From Candidatus Hydrogenedentota bacterium (GTDB lineage Bacteria; Hydrogenedentota; Hydrogenedentia; Hydrogenedentales; SLHB01): a stretch of 64,000 nucleotides of DNA. Below are positions 9,087-19,669 of the stretch, in pieces. The position numbers and the translations under genes were made by a program. Where the stretch lies: NCBI GenBank assembly GCA_963745075.1, contig CAVUWV010000008.1, forward strand, positions 96,001-160,000, written 5' to 3'. The notes under the pieces were generated by a model that made no database searches, was not told the origin of the DNA, and saw only the letters and a program-made list of their open reading frames with translations. Position 1 is the first letter of the stretch. Every line of letters starts with the position of its first letter.

Positions 9087-10697
9087 TCAACGGGACGCCG
9101 TACGTTGCGGCGTCGGCGCATTCATTACACATTCAAGTGTCCTTCCATCGAGGTCTGCAGAGGGTTCGATGCCCAGCAGCGCGAGAACCGTCGACGGCAA
9201 GTCGAGAAGTTGGGCGTCCGAGAGCGATTCGCCGGACGCAATGCCCGGTCCGGACATCACCACGAACCCTTCGGGATGGTGCCGGCCCGAACGGCGTTCC
9301 GGATCTTCGCCGAGCACCGTGCCGATGGATGGCGATCGGAGTCCCGTTTTGGGGCCGTCCTGGGCCCAAGTCACGATGATGTCCGGGAGATCATCGGCGT
9401 TGTCGGTGTTCAGCTCCCGGCGTGTGCGAAGGATCCTCTCGACAGCGGAACGACCGGTATTCATGTTTTCGAGCGCCGCCAACTCCTGCTCGAGCCGGTC
9501 GCAGAGTGCATCGTATTCCGACGGATCGACGATCCCTTGGGGTTCACGGCCTTTGAGATTGATTCGAATGGAGCCGTTGCAGTCGTTGGGCACGGCGAAG
9601 GCGCGGCTCCGAGCCCACTGTCCGCTCGGGTAGACGAGGCGGCGCGTCCACTGGTCCCACGCGCGCTCGGGGATCATGTGTTTGATGGTATTGATCAAGG
9701 GCATTCCAAAGGTGTCTTGCACGCGGCGAATGCGGTAGTACGCCCAGCCCTTCGATTTCCGTGCCCTCAATGTCTCGGTGGACGCGGCTACGCCATCCGG
9801 TCCGAGACCCAGGTGCGCCAGGACGCCGGGCAGCAGGTGGCTGCCGGTGTAATTGGGTTTCATGCCGGAACCCGAGAAGACGATGAAATTGGCGTCCGGC
9901 GCACGTCTGACGAGGTCCGCAATGACTTCGTCTTGTTTGGCGAAGAGGCGGGCGAAGAAGTCACCGAATTCGTCATTGAACTCGGGTATGTGATCGGGGT
10001 GATTCGGTTCCGACAACTGGCAGAGCACGTGCATGGCCCAGTGGGTTTCGGGAAGCACGGTGAGAAAGAGGTCCCAGGGTTCCTTTTCCATCAGGTAGTT
10101 GAGCAGTTGACGTTTCTTTTCCATGCCATCGAGCAGCGCCATCGTCACAGCGCGGTATTCATCGCGAGTCGCCGGTTTGATGAAGATGCGAGCGTCGCCA
10201 TGCACGATCGGGTACCGCCCGATAGTCGTGTATACCTCATTCAAGAGATTCCGGGGCCAACTGTCTGGCGGCCAGCCGGGGAATTCGCCGCCCCAACCGG
10301 TGATGTGAATGCCGTTGAAGTTTTCTGCGGGCCGGGTCTGCGGCACGTCGGAGACGGCGACGCGCCGGCCTTGCGCCGCGGCACAATTCCAGAATGGGGC
10401 GCCCTTCAGGTCGTCCGCGTACCGCTTCACGATGTGGTAGGTTCCGTTCTTGAGCTGCATGTGCGTGAAGTACTGACCGTGCCGGTGCGGCAGGTGGCCC
10501 GTGACCAGCGAAGGCCAGATGGCGCCGCTGGAGTAATCGCTGACAGACGTGAGCGGCCCCCACGCGCCGTTGTCGCGGAGCCGTTGGAGGGCGGGCATGG
10601 TACCGCCGGAGCAATAGGCGTCGATTTGATCTGGGCGCGCCGTGTCGACGCCGATCATGATGACGCGCCCGCTTTGTGGTCGCGTTGTTGATTCCAT
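9087..10697 (-). CDS. Alkaline phosphatase superfamily (type I phosphodiesterase/nucleotide pyrophosphatase-like) protein
   Basis: 'VIMIGVD', 'WPSLVTGHLPHRHG', 'RINLKGREPQGIV', 'SGRHHPEGF', 'LLDLPSTVLALLG'. Confidence 0.8.
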   Translation of the reverse strand: MESTTRPQSGRVIMIGVDTARPDQIDAYCSGGTMPALQRLRDNGAWGPLTSVSDYSSGAIWPSLVTGHLPHRHGQYFTHMQLKNGTYHIVKRYADDLKGAPFWNCAAAQGRRVAVSDVPQTRPAENFNGIHITGWGGEFPGWPPDSWPRNLLNEVYTTIGRYPIVHGDARIFIKPATRDEYRAVTMALLDGMEKKRQLLNYLMEKEPWDLFLTVLPETHWAMHVLCQLSEPNHPDHIPEFNDEFGDFFARLFAKQDEVIADLVRRAPDANFIVFSGSGMKPNYTGSHLLPGVLAHLGLGPDGVAASTETLRARKSKGWAYYRIRRVQDTFGMPLINTIKHMIPERAWDQWTRRLVYPSGQWARSRAFAVPNDCNGSIRINLKGREPQGIVDPSEYDALCDRLEQELAALENMNTGRSAVERILRTRRELNTDNADDLPDIIVTWAQDGPKTGLRSPSIGTVLGEDPERRSGRHHPEGFVVMSGPGIASGESLSDAQLLDLPSTVLALLGIEPSADLDGRTLECVMNAPTPQRTASR

Positions 10698-10764
10698 AGT
10701 CGACCTCCTAATGGTGCGTTAAGGCGCGCAGAATAGCGTGGCTAATCCGCGTTTCTCGTCGCGG

Positions 10765-11709
10765 CTACACGGTAGGTGTGTCGTGCGTGTGAGAATTCCG
10801 GGCTAACCGTTTCAGCCCGGGAAAGACCGCGCGGGCGATCGGTCCGTGCAAGACGAGCCGGACGGAGACGAACGCGAGGCGTGCCGGGAGCGTGCCGAGA
10901 AAGCATGTCCACTGCAACATGTTGGCATGGCGCAGCATGAGGAAGAAGAGGTTGCGGAGTTTCCAGTACTCATACGACGCGACGGTCCCGCGACCGGCGT
11001 GACCGCCCCGGTGTTCGACCTCGGATTTGGGCGCATAGCGTAGCAGATAGCCCGCCTCGGCAACCCGAATCGAGTAGTCCACATCTTCCCATCCGTATCG
11101 CCGGAGTCTTTCGTCGAAGATTCCTGCGCGTCGCACCGCTTGCGTGCGCACGAGGAAGGCGAAGCCGGGGCAGGCCCGCACCTCGTGTGGCGTATCGTAT
11201 TGGCCCCGGTCGGTTTCTCCGCAGCCGATGTTCTGGAACATGCCGAGATAGAAATTCAGCGCCATGCCCCCAGCGGCGGCCAGGCATCGGTCCCCCATTG
11301 ACTGGAACGCCTTCGGCGTTACCATACCGACACGCGGACTCCGGGCTGCGTTTACCATCTCGGCCAAGGCGGTGGGGGCGAGAAATGCGTCGTTGTCGAG
11401 AAAACAGATAAACTCGGAATCAAATTGGTTCAACGTGGTGGCAAGTCCCGCGTTGCGTGCCGCGATCACGCCGGACGGTTCCGGTAGTACGATGGCGCGA
11501 ACGCCTGGCCAAAGCGATTGGGCCAGGTCCACTGAACGATCGGTCGATGCGTCGTCGACCAGGATCACCGCAGACGGTCTATGTGTTTGTGCTTGAAGCC
11601 GTTGGAGACACTGCGCCAGCAAATCGCGACGGTTGCGATTGAGTACGATGGCGACAACGCGTGCCCCGCTGGCCGGATTGCTACGTTCCACGTCGGAGAG
11701 TCCTTGCAT
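10765..11709 (-). CDS. Glycosyltransferase family 2
   Basis: 'VILVDDASTD', 'ARNAG', 'FLDND', 'GIFDE...WEDVDYSIR'; start set at ATG 11709. Confidence 0.88.
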   Translation of the reverse strand: MQGLSDVERSNPASGARVVAIVLNRNRRDLLAQCLQRLQAQTHRPSAVILVDDASTDRSVDLAQSLWPGVRAIVLPEPSGVIAARNAGLATTLNQFDSEFICFLDNDAFLAPTALAEMVNAARSPRVGMVTPKAFQSMGDRCLAAAGGMALNFYLGMFQNIGCGETDRGQYDTPHEVRACPGFAFLVRTQAVRRAGIFDERLRRYGWEDVDYSIRVAEAGYLLRYAPKSEVEHRGGHAGRGTVASYEYWKLRNLFFLMLRHANMLQWTCFLGTLPARLAFVSVRLVLHGPIARAVFPGLKRLARNSHTHDTPTV

Positions 11710-11881
11710 AACCGCCGATGATACAGTCCACGGGGAGATTGTAAACGATTCGACAGAGCGGGCCAAGTGAGTGAGGAAGAGTGTCGGCTGGAGGTGGAGA
11801 CTCCGGTCTCCAGACGCCCTGTCGTGATTGGACGGAATCTGGTATGCTGGACAGGTCTGCCAATACTGCAAGGTGGCTGGA

Positions 11882-14800
11882 ATGGAAACACAGACCCCAC
11901 AACTGTCTTTGCGAGAGGACCGTGGCCGGGCGATACAGCGGCGGATTACCCGATCCGTGCGTGGTGTCGTGATGGCGTTAGCGGTTATGACCGGATGCGT
12001 CACCTGGGCTGCGGAAAGCGCGCCGGTCGACTTCCAAACCCAGATAGCGCCGGTACTTGCAGAGCGCTGCGCAACGTGCCACAGCAAGGAGAAACGCAAA
12101 AGCGGGCTGAGTCTCGAAACACTCGCCGACGCGCAGACCGGCGGCGACTCCGGCCCGGCCATCGTGGCGGGGAAGAGCGGCGAGAGCGAGTTGATTCGCC
12201 GGATCAGTTCCGGCGAGGACGACGTGCGCATGCCGCCACGAGGCGAGCGGCTTTCGGATGAAACCATCGCGCTGTTCCGCGCCTGGATCGACCAGGGAGC
12301 GACGTGGACCGATGCTGAGGCGGATAACGGGGGCGCGAAGGCTGTCCCCGACTTTTGGGCGTTCCGCAAACCGGAACAGGCACCGCTCCCGGAAACCCGT
12401 GACGAACCGTGGGTGCGGAATCCCATCGACGCGTTTGTCCTAGCCGCCATGCGTGTGCACGGCTTTGAACCGTCGCCCGAAGCGGACCGGTACACGCTGA
12501 TTCGCCGGCTGAGCCTCGATCTGATCGGATTGCCGCCCACGCCGGAAGACGTCCAGGCTTTCGTGAACGACGCCGATCCCCATGCCTACGAGCGGCTGGT
12601 GGATCGACTGCTCGCGTCCCCCCACTTCGGCGAACGTATGGCGATTCGTTGGCTGGATGCCGCGCGCTATGCGGACACCAACGGCTACGAGAAGGACCGC
12701 CCCCGGTCCATCTGGCCGTACCGAGACTGGGTGATCGACGCCATCAACGACGACATGCCGTTTGACCGGTTTACCATCGAACAGATCGCGGGCGACCTTC
12801 TGCCGAATCCGACCGAAAACCAGCGGATCGCGACGGGGTTCCTGCGAAACTCCATGCACAACGAGGAAGGCGGCGTGGACGCGGAGGAGTTCCGGTTCGA
12901 AGCGATGATCGACCGCACGAACACCGTGGGCACGGCGTTCCTCGGCCTCACGGTCGCTTGCGCGCAATGCCACAGCCACAAATACGATCCCATTTCCCAG
13001 CGCGAGTACTACCAGTTCTACGCATTCTTGAACAACACCGACGACGTGGAAATGACGATCCACGATCCGGCAATCGCCAAGAAACGGGACACGATAGAGC
13101 AACAGATTGTCGCGCTGGTCGATGACCTACCGAATCGGTTTCCCGTGGACGATCTCAAACGCGACGTGCAGATCCTGGAACCCGCATCGCTGAAGTCGGA
13201 TGGAGGCGCCACGCTCACAGCGGACACCGACGGCTTCGTTACCGCGACCGGCGACGCACCGGAACGCGATTCGTACACGCTGGCCTACAATCTCGGCGCG
13301 GCACCTCTCGAATCGATCCGGGTCGAATTGGGTACTGACGCCGCGCTTCCGCAAACCGGCCCCGGCCGGGCCGACAACGGCAATCTCGTCATCTCCGAAA
13401 TCGAAGCCTTCGTGCGGCCGTTGCAGGGCGACGGCGAGCCCGTGCGGGTCGAGTTGGATCGGGTCGAGGCGAGCCGGTCGCAGAAGGGCTACGACCCCGA
13501 GAAAGCCATCGACGCCGATCCCGGCACGGGATGGTCACCGGGTGTGGACGGCGTCGAACCACGCGACGGTACGCTAACGCTGTGGTTCAAACAGCCGGTG
13601 CAGGCGTCGGAACCGTCACGGCTCGAATTGCGCATCCTGCAGAACAATGGCGCACGCCATACCCTCGGCCGGTTCCGCGTGACGTCGGTTCGGGAGTATA
13701 TGCCGGAATCCGACCTCCCCGACACGGAGCGGCGCGCCCAGCATCTCGCCCGCGAACTGGATGCGTGGGAACGCGACGTAACGGCCAAGTCGGCCCGTTG
13801 GACCGTGGCTCAGCCCGTCGAGTATGTGTCGAAAAACCATGCGACCTTTGAACGGCTCGACGACGAGTCGCTTCTCATGAAAGGCGACGTGCCCAACACG
13901 GACACCTACGACGTGGGCTACCGGACCGACCTCCAGAACATCACCGCCGTGCGCATCGAGGTGTTGCCTGACCCGAGCCTGCCGAACGGCGGCCCGGGCC
14001 GCGGCGTCATCATGTCGGCGGGCGGCGATTTCCTCTTGAGTGAAATTGCGGCGAGTGCCGCGCCGTGGCTCGATCCGAAGAACGCCCAACCCATCCCGCT
14101 GCAAAACGGCACGGACGACTATTCCGCGCCGGGGCGGGCGGCTGCGCTGGCGTTGGACGGCAAACTGGACACGGGCTGGTCTATCAAGGATCGAGAGGGG
14201 CAACCGCACGAAGCGGTGTACGAGTTCGCGGAGCCGGTCGGGTATGACGGTGGGACGCTGCTCAGGCTGAAGCTCGATCAGGTGTACGTGCATCAACACA
14301 CCATCGGCCGGTTTCGCGTGTCGGTGACGAGCGATCCCTTGCCGGTGCAAGCCTCGGGCGTACCGGCGAATATCGAAGCGATTCTTATGACGCCTGCCGG
14401 GCAACGGACGGACGCACAGCGGGAATTCGTCAAACGCTATTACCTTTCGGTGTCCCCCGAGCTGATCGAGGCGCACAAAGAAATCGACGAACTGCGCGCG
14501 TCCATGCCGAAGTTTCCGACCACCCTGGTGCTTGCGGAGCGTGAAAATGCCCGCGAGACCCACCTCCATCATCGCGGCGAATTTCTGTCGCCGCGTGAAG
14601 CGGTTACGCCGGACGTTCCCGCGGTGTTGAACCCGGTGGACCCGGGCGCGCCGCGTAATCGATTGGCCCTGGCGCGGTGGCTGGTGTCGGAGGACAATCC
14701 ATTAACCGCGCGGGTCACCGTCAACCGGTTCTGGCAGATGCTGTTCGGCCGGGGCATCGTGAACACGCCGGGCGACTTCGGCACGCGCGGCGAAGCGCCG

Positions 14801-15583
14801 AGTCATCCCGAGTTGCTGGACTGGATGGCCGTCGAGTTCGAGCGGCGCGGTTGGGACGTGAAAGAGATGATTCGCCTCATGGTGACGTCGGCCACGTACC
14901 GGCAGTCGTCGCGCGCCACGCCCGAGGCGATTGCCAAGGACCCCGTGAACGAATGGCTCGCGCGCGGTTCCCGGTTCCGCGTGGACGCGGAGATCGTGCG
15001 AGACATCGCCCTCGCGGCGAGCGGACTGTTGAATCCCAGGATCGGCGGGCCCAGCGTGAAGCCGCCGCTACCGGACGGCGCGTTGTCGCTGGTGTACCCC
15101 GGCGATCCGTGGAACGTCTCGGAAGGCGCGGACCGCTACCGTCGCAGCCTGTATACCTACTGGAAACGCGCCTTGCCCTATCCCACGGCGACGGTGTTCG
15201 ATGCGCCGGCCCGCGATACGACGTGTGTACGGCGCGTAGTGTCCAACACGCCTCTGCAAGCCTTGACGTTACTGAACGATCGCGAGATGATGGAGGCGGC
15301 ACGGGCGACGGCGAAACGCGTGCTCGACGAAGCCCCGGCGGATACCGCCGGACGAGCGGCCTATATGTTCATGGTGCTGGAGTCGCGGCCGCCGGACGAA
15401 CAAGAGTTGATTTGGGTCACGGAGTTTCACGACCGGCAAGTGGCGCGGCTTCGGTCGGGCGATGCGAATGCGAATGTCATCTTCGCGGCGGACGGCGACG
15501 CCGACCCGCAGATTGAACTGGCCGCGTGGACCTTGGTCTGCCGGGCTATACTGAATACCGACGAGACGATTACGAGAGGGTGA
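11882..15583 (+). CDS. Planctomycete cytochrome c (PSCyt) / DUF1549 / DUF1553 protein with two discoidin-like inserts
   Basis: CATCH and CAQCH heme motifs, 'WLDAARYADTNG', 'NPLTARVTVNRFWQ', 'TPLQALTLLND'; two 'AxDG..xTGWS' beta-sandwich segments. Confidence 0.88.
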   Translation: METQTPQLSLREDRGRAIQRRITRSVRGVVMALAVMTGCVTWAAESAPVDFQTQIAPVLAERCATCHSKEKRKSGLSLETLADAQTGGDSGPAIVAGKSGESELIRRISSGEDDVRMPPRGERLSDETIALFRAWIDQGATWTDAEADNGGAKAVPDFWAFRKPEQAPLPETRDEPWVRNPIDAFVLAAMRVHGFEPSPEADRYTLIRRLSLDLIGLPPTPEDVQAFVNDADPHAYERLVDRLLASPHFGERMAIRWLDAARYADTNGYEKDRPRSIWPYRDWVIDAINDDMPFDRFTIEQIAGDLLPNPTENQRIATGFLRNSMHNEEGGVDAEEFRFEAMIDRTNTVGTAFLGLTVACAQCHSHKYDPISQREYYQFYAFLNNTDDVEMTIHDPAIAKKRDTIEQQIVALVDDLPNRFPVDDLKRDVQILEPASLKSDGGATLTADTDGFVTATGDAPERDSYTLAYNLGAAPLESIRVELGTDAALPQTGPGRADNGNLVISEIEAFVRPLQGDGEPVRVELDRVEASRSQKGYDPEKAIDADPGTGWSPGVDGVEPRDGTLTLWFKQPVQASEPSRLELRILQNNGARHTLGRFRVTSVREYMPESDLPDTERRAQHLARELDAWERDVTAKSARWTVAQPVEYVSKNHATFERLDDESLLMKGDVPNTDTYDVGYRTDLQNITAVRIEVLPDPSLPNGGPGRGVIMSAGGDFLLSEIAASAAPWLDPKNAQPIPLQNGTDDYSAPGRAAALALDGKLDTGWSIKDREGQPHEAVYEFAEPVGYDGGTLLRLKLDQVYVHQHTIGRFRVSVTSDPLPVQASGVPANIEAILMTPAGQRTDAQREFVKRYYLSVSPELIEAHKEIDELRASMPKFPTTLVLAERENARETHLHHRGEFLSPREAVTPDVPAVLNPVDPGAPRNRLALARWLVSEDNPLTARVTVNRFWQMLFGRGIVNTPGDFGTRGEAPSHPELLDWMAVEFERRGWDVKEMIRLMVTSATYRQSSRATPEAIAKDPVNEWLARGSRFRVDAEIVRDIALAASGLLNPRIGGPSVKPPLPDGALSLVYPGDPWNVSEGADRYRRSLYTYWKRALPYPTATVFDAPARDTTCVRRVVSNTPLQALTLLNDREMMEAARATAKRVLDEAPADTAGRAAYMFMVLESRPPDEQELIWVTEFHDRQVARLRSGDANANVIFAADGDADPQIELAAWTLVCRAILNTDETITRG

Positions 15584-15588
15584 GAACG

Positions 15589-17022
15589 ATGGATGCCAGG
15601 ACGAAGAACGAACGATTGCGCGGGATGACACGACGCCATTTCTTTCAGGAGTGCGGCGTGGGCGTCGGCAAGATCGCCCTGGCCTCGCTGCTCTGCCGCA
15701 ACGCGTCCGCAGCCTTGATCGAGAATCCCTTGGCGCCGCATCCCGGGCATTTCCTGGGCCCTGCGAAGCACGTCATCTATCTCTTCATGGCCGGGGCGCC
15801 GAGCCAACTCGATTTGTTCGACGACAAGCCGGTGCTCAAGAAGTACGACGGCAAATCCATTCCCGAAGATATCGTGAAGGACCAGCGGTACGCCTTCATT
15901 CAACGCGACGCGGCGCTCATGGCATCGCGGTTCAACTTTGCCCAATACGGTCAATCCGGCGCGGAGCTTTCCGAGATGTTGCCGCATCTGGCGGAAGTGG
16001 TGGACGATATCGCCATCATTCGGTCGGTCAACACGAACCAATTCAACCACGCGCCCGCGCAGATCTTCATGAATACGGGGTCGCCGCAATTGGGCCGTCC
16101 GAGCATGGGCGCGTGGGTCACCTATGGTCTCGGAAGTGACGCGGAAGACTTGCCTGGGTTCGTCGTGCTGAACAGCGGGCAGGGTTCCAGCGGCGGCGCG
16201 AACAACTGGGGCTGTGGGTTCATGCCGACGGTATACCAGGGCGTGCCGTTCCGGAGTCAGGGCGACGCAGTCCTGAACGTGTCGAACCCGGACGGAATCG
16301 ACGCGGCGATCCAACGGGACACGATCGATCTCATTGGCAAGCTCAACCACCACCAACTCGAACTTCAGGGCGACCCGGAGATTGCGACGCGGATCAATTC
16401 CTACGAGATGGCGTATCGCATGCAAACCAGCGCACCGGAGCTGATGGACATTTCCCAGGAGTCTCCCGAGACCCTGGCGATGTACGGCGCCGAGCCGGGC
16501 AAGGCATCGTTCGCAAACAATTGCCTGCTCGCGCGCCGCCTCATCGAACGGGGCGTTCGGTTCGTCAACTGCTACCACGGCAGTTGGGACCATCACAGCG
16601 ATGTCGAGGGCGGACTCAGGACGCAGTGCGGGGCGACGGACCAGGCTTGCGCGGCGCTGATTAAGGACCTGAAACAACGGGGACTCCTGGACGAGACGCT
16701 CATCATCTGGGGCGGCGAATTCGGGCGTACCCCCATGGTCGAGTCGAGTGCCGCCCTGGGCCGCAGCATGGGGCGTGACCACCATCCCCAGGCGTTCACC
16801 ATGTGGTTGGCCGGCGCGGGCGTGCGCGTGGGGCAGACCATCGGCGCGACGGACGATTTGGGATTCAACATCGCCGAGCGTCCGGTGCACGTCCACGACA
16901 TCCAGGCCACGATCCTGCATCTGCTCGGTCTCGAGCACACGAAGTTGACGTACCGGTTCAAAGGCCGCGATTTCCGCCTCACGGACGTTGCCGGGAACCT
17001 GGTGCCGGAACTGATCGCGTAA
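15589..17022 (+). CDS. DUF1501 family protein (Tat signal)
   Basis: 'TRRHFF' twin-arginine motif, 'LFMAGAPSQLDLFD', 'CLLARRLIERGVRFV', 'GGEFGRTP', 'GRDHH'. Confidence 0.9.
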   Translation: MDARTKNERLRGMTRRHFFQECGVGVGKIALASLLCRNASAALIENPLAPHPGHFLGPAKHVIYLFMAGAPSQLDLFDDKPVLKKYDGKSIPEDIVKDQRYAFIQRDAALMASRFNFAQYGQSGAELSEMLPHLAEVVDDIAIIRSVNTNQFNHAPAQIFMNTGSPQLGRPSMGAWVTYGLGSDAEDLPGFVVLNSGQGSSGGANNWGCGFMPTVYQGVPFRSQGDAVLNVSNPDGIDAAIQRDTIDLIGKLNHHQLELQGDPEIATRINSYEMAYRMQTSAPELMDISQESPETLAMYGAEPGKASFANNCLLARRLIERGVRFVNCYHGSWDHHSDVEGGLRTQCGATDQACAALIKDLKQRGLLDETLIIWGGEFGRTPMVESSAALGRSMGRDHHPQAFTMWLAGAGVRVGQTIGATDDLGFNIAERPVHVHDIQATILHLLGLEHTKLTYRFKGRDFRLTDVAGNLVPELIA

Positions 17023-17129
17023 GGATTCCGAAATCCGCAATAGAATGGCGTGGTTGCCGCCGCATGCCGCAGGTTGTAGACTAAACAGAAGAAATAGACT
17101 CACGCCATACCAACAGGAGGCGATCCCCC

Positions 17130-17843
17130 ATGAGCTACAACGCCGAAACTTTCCGCCCCTCTGAATACACCTTGGCCGATCGGGCCTCGACCAACGAACG
17201 TGCCTCGTTCATCATGCTGACCTACCTGCATCTGCTCGGCGCTGTTGTTGCCTTCATCGGCATCGAGGCCGTGCTGCTGAGTCTGCCCATCGCGGAACGT
17301 ATGACGATGGCCATGACGGGCGGGTACATGTGGCTGCTCGTGCTCGGCGGGTTCATGGGGGTCAGTTACATCGCGAACCAATGGGCCGTGTCGACCACGT
17401 CGCTGGCCACGCAATACATGGGACTCGGTCTTTATGTGGTGGCCGAAGCCTTTCTCTTCCTGCCGCTGCTCTACATTGCGTCGCGATTCGGCGGCGACGG
17501 CGTGATCCCGTCCGCGGGCATCGCGACGATCGGTATCTTTGCCGCGCTGACGGTGTTCGTCTTCTTCACGCGCAAAAACTTCTCCTTCCTCGGACCTTTC
17601 CTAGGTGTCGCCGGCATGGTCGCGCTTGGGGTCATCGTGTGCAGCGTCCTGTTCGGGTTTAACCTGGGCGTGCTGTTCACCGTGCTAATGATTGGATTCG
17701 CGTGCGCCTACATCCTGTACAGCACGTCCAATATCCTCCACGTATACCATATCGGCCAACACGTCGCCGCGTCGCTGGCCCTGTTCGCCAGCGTGGCGTT
17801 GCTGTTCTGGTATATCCTGCAGCTCTTTATGTCGCGGAGGTGA
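17130..17843 (+). CDS. Bax inhibitor-1/YccA family membrane protein
   Basis: Seven hydrophobic segments, 'ERASFIMLTYLHL', 'AASLALFASVALLFWYILQL'; AGGAGG RBS. Confidence 0.85.
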   Translation: MSYNAETFRPSEYTLADRASTNERASFIMLTYLHLLGAVVAFIGIEAVLLSLPIAERMTMAMTGGYMWLLVLGGFMGVSYIANQWAVSTTSLATQYMGLGLYVVAEAFLFLPLLYIASRFGGDGVIPSAGIATIGIFAALTVFVFFTRKNFSFLGPFLGVAGMVALGVIVCSVLFGFNLGVLFTVLMIGFACAYILYSTSNILHVYHIGQHVAASLALFASVALLFWYILQLFMSRR

Positions 17844-18067
17844 GAGGCGAAGGGGCGGAAATACGGCAGTCGACTACGTTCCAATGTAGGGGACGATTGT
17901 GCGTTTCCGATCTCTTCGCACTCTTCTACTCGGGAAACTGCGCGTAGGGAACGTGCGTTTCGCTGACGAATTAATGTTGATCTACAGAGTCCCGAGCTAT
18001 TGGGGGAGCGAGTACGAGTACGAATGAGAAAGCGAGGGTGGTTTTCATCGGAGGGCCATAAAAGACT

Positions 18068-19669
18068 TTAGGTGAGGGGCGGGAGGTATCTTCCCCGTGA
18101 AATAATATCCTTCGGATCCAGGGCGCGCTTGATGTCGCCTGCGACTTGCCAGAAGGGATCGGCGGGATCGGATAGACTCGCGAGTCCGCTCAGTCCCGCG
18201 CGATACGGGATGTAGCCTTCGGCCATGAGCGCATCGAAAAGCGCGTGATAGCAGCGGTCGGCCGCAGCGGCTTCTTCGGGGACGGCTTTGTCGAAGGCCA
18301 CGTTGAGAATGGCGATCATGGATCGTTCGTTGATCATGGTGAAGGTCGCCAGCGGTTCGAAGCGGTGCTCGGCAAAGATGGGTTCGACCATCGCCATGAC
18401 GCGCGACGCGTCGCGGCCCGTCATGGGAAGCACGGGCGAAATCCACATCAGCCCGCCGCCGTAGTCGAGAGGGTCGCTGGAGTCGGACGGCGGCTTCGTG
18501 CGCAAGCGCCAATGGGTTCCCCGCAACGCATCGTTCGTCGGTTTACCTTTCAACGTGGTGAAGAGCGTTTCGAGAGAATCCAGCAACTCGGCGGGACGCT
18601 TTGCGAAACCCATGCGATTCAGCTTCGGCACCGCCCACCGAATAAGTTCCATCTTCCGGTCGCTCACGAAGGTGAGTTTTCCCAGCGATCCTACGGCCTT
18701 TTTCAACGCGCGCCGGGTGGCACCGACGTGTCCGGCCCGACCCGTGAAGGCGCTGCCGACGTTCCATGCGCCGATGCCCATGGCGGAGCGCAGGCGCACG
18801 CGTTCAGACTCGGGCAGTGGTGTAACGCCGTTGGTTGCTTCCCAGGGATAGATGCCGCGGCTGCTGAAGATCCGGTAATCGTTTCCGATGTGCAACGCGG
18901 CGGGCAGCAGTCCGTCCATCCGTAACGGCCGCAGCGCATCAACGAGCGGCCCGATGTCCTCGTCGTGCGGCACGGTAACGTAGAAGAAACAAAAGCTCTC
19001 GGGTTTCGGCATGAGCCACAAACCCAGTCTTGTCACGATGCCGTAGTTGGATTGGCAGAAGATCCCGTCGAGGAACGGCCCCACGCCGTAGCGGTAAACG
19101 TGTTGGGCCTTGGAGTTCGGGTAGTGGCCGAATCCGGTGCGCACCACGCGACCATCCGCCAGAACGATCTCCATGCCGCACGCGGTGAGGAAATGATCGC
19201 CGTAGCGCGTGTGACCGAAGCCGCGGTCCAACGTATTGCCCACCAGACTCGCGTCGAGACCTGCGCCGGTGCAGTCCATCCAGAGTCCGGTGTTGTTCTC
19301 CTGTAGGTAGTCGTAGAGCTGGCCCTGGGTCACCCCGGGTTCAATGACCGCGTACGCGAGTTCCGTGTTCACTTCCAAAATGCGGTTCATCCGGCTGAGG
19401 TCGACAATCGCCGCGCCTTCGGTTGGTGCGCAGGCGTCGCCGTAACCCCAATTCTTCCCGCGCGAAATGGGATAGACGACCGTGTCGTGTTCCGATGCGA
19501 TGCGGAGAACGGCTTGCACTTCCTCGGTGGAGGTCGGATACAGCACGCAACAGGGAACGGTACCCTTGCCCTGGGTACTGCGCGCGTAACGCGTCCGCGT
19601 GGCTTCCGCGTCGTCGACCTTGTCCGCGCCCAGGGCTTGCCGCCACGCGTCAACCACGGCACTCATCAT
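18068..19669 (-). CDS. FAD-binding oxidoreductase, VAO/p-cresol methylhydroxylase flavoprotein family
   Basis: 'PISRGKNWGYG', 'IEPGVTQ', 'GNTLDRGFG', 'GMEIVLADG', 'QSNYGIVT', 'PYR', 'LDPKDIISRGRY'. Confidence 0.85.
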   Translation of the reverse strand: MMSAVVDAWRQALGADKVDDAEATRTRYARSTQGKGTVPCCVLYPTSTEEVQAVLRIASEHDTVVYPISRGKNWGYGDACAPTEGAAIVDLSRMNRILEVNTELAYAVIEPGVTQGQLYDYLQENNTGLWMDCTGAGLDASLVGNTLDRGFGHTRYGDHFLTACGMEIVLADGRVVRTGFGHYPNSKAQHVYRYGVGPFLDGIFCQSNYGIVTRLGLWLMPKPESFCFFYVTVPHDEDIGPLVDALRPLRMDGLLPAALHIGNDYRIFSSRGIYPWEATNGVTPLPESERVRLRSAMGIGAWNVGSAFTGRAGHVGATRRALKKAVGSLGKLTFVSDRKMELIRWAVPKLNRMGFAKRPAELLDSLETLFTTLKGKPTNDALRGTHWRLRTKPPSDSSDPLDYGGGLMWISPVLPMTGRDASRVMAMVEPIFAEHRFEPLATFTMINERSMIAILNVAFDKAVPEEAAAADRCYHALFDALMAEGYIPYRAGLSGLASLSDPADPFWQVAGDIKRALDPKDIISRGRYLPPLT

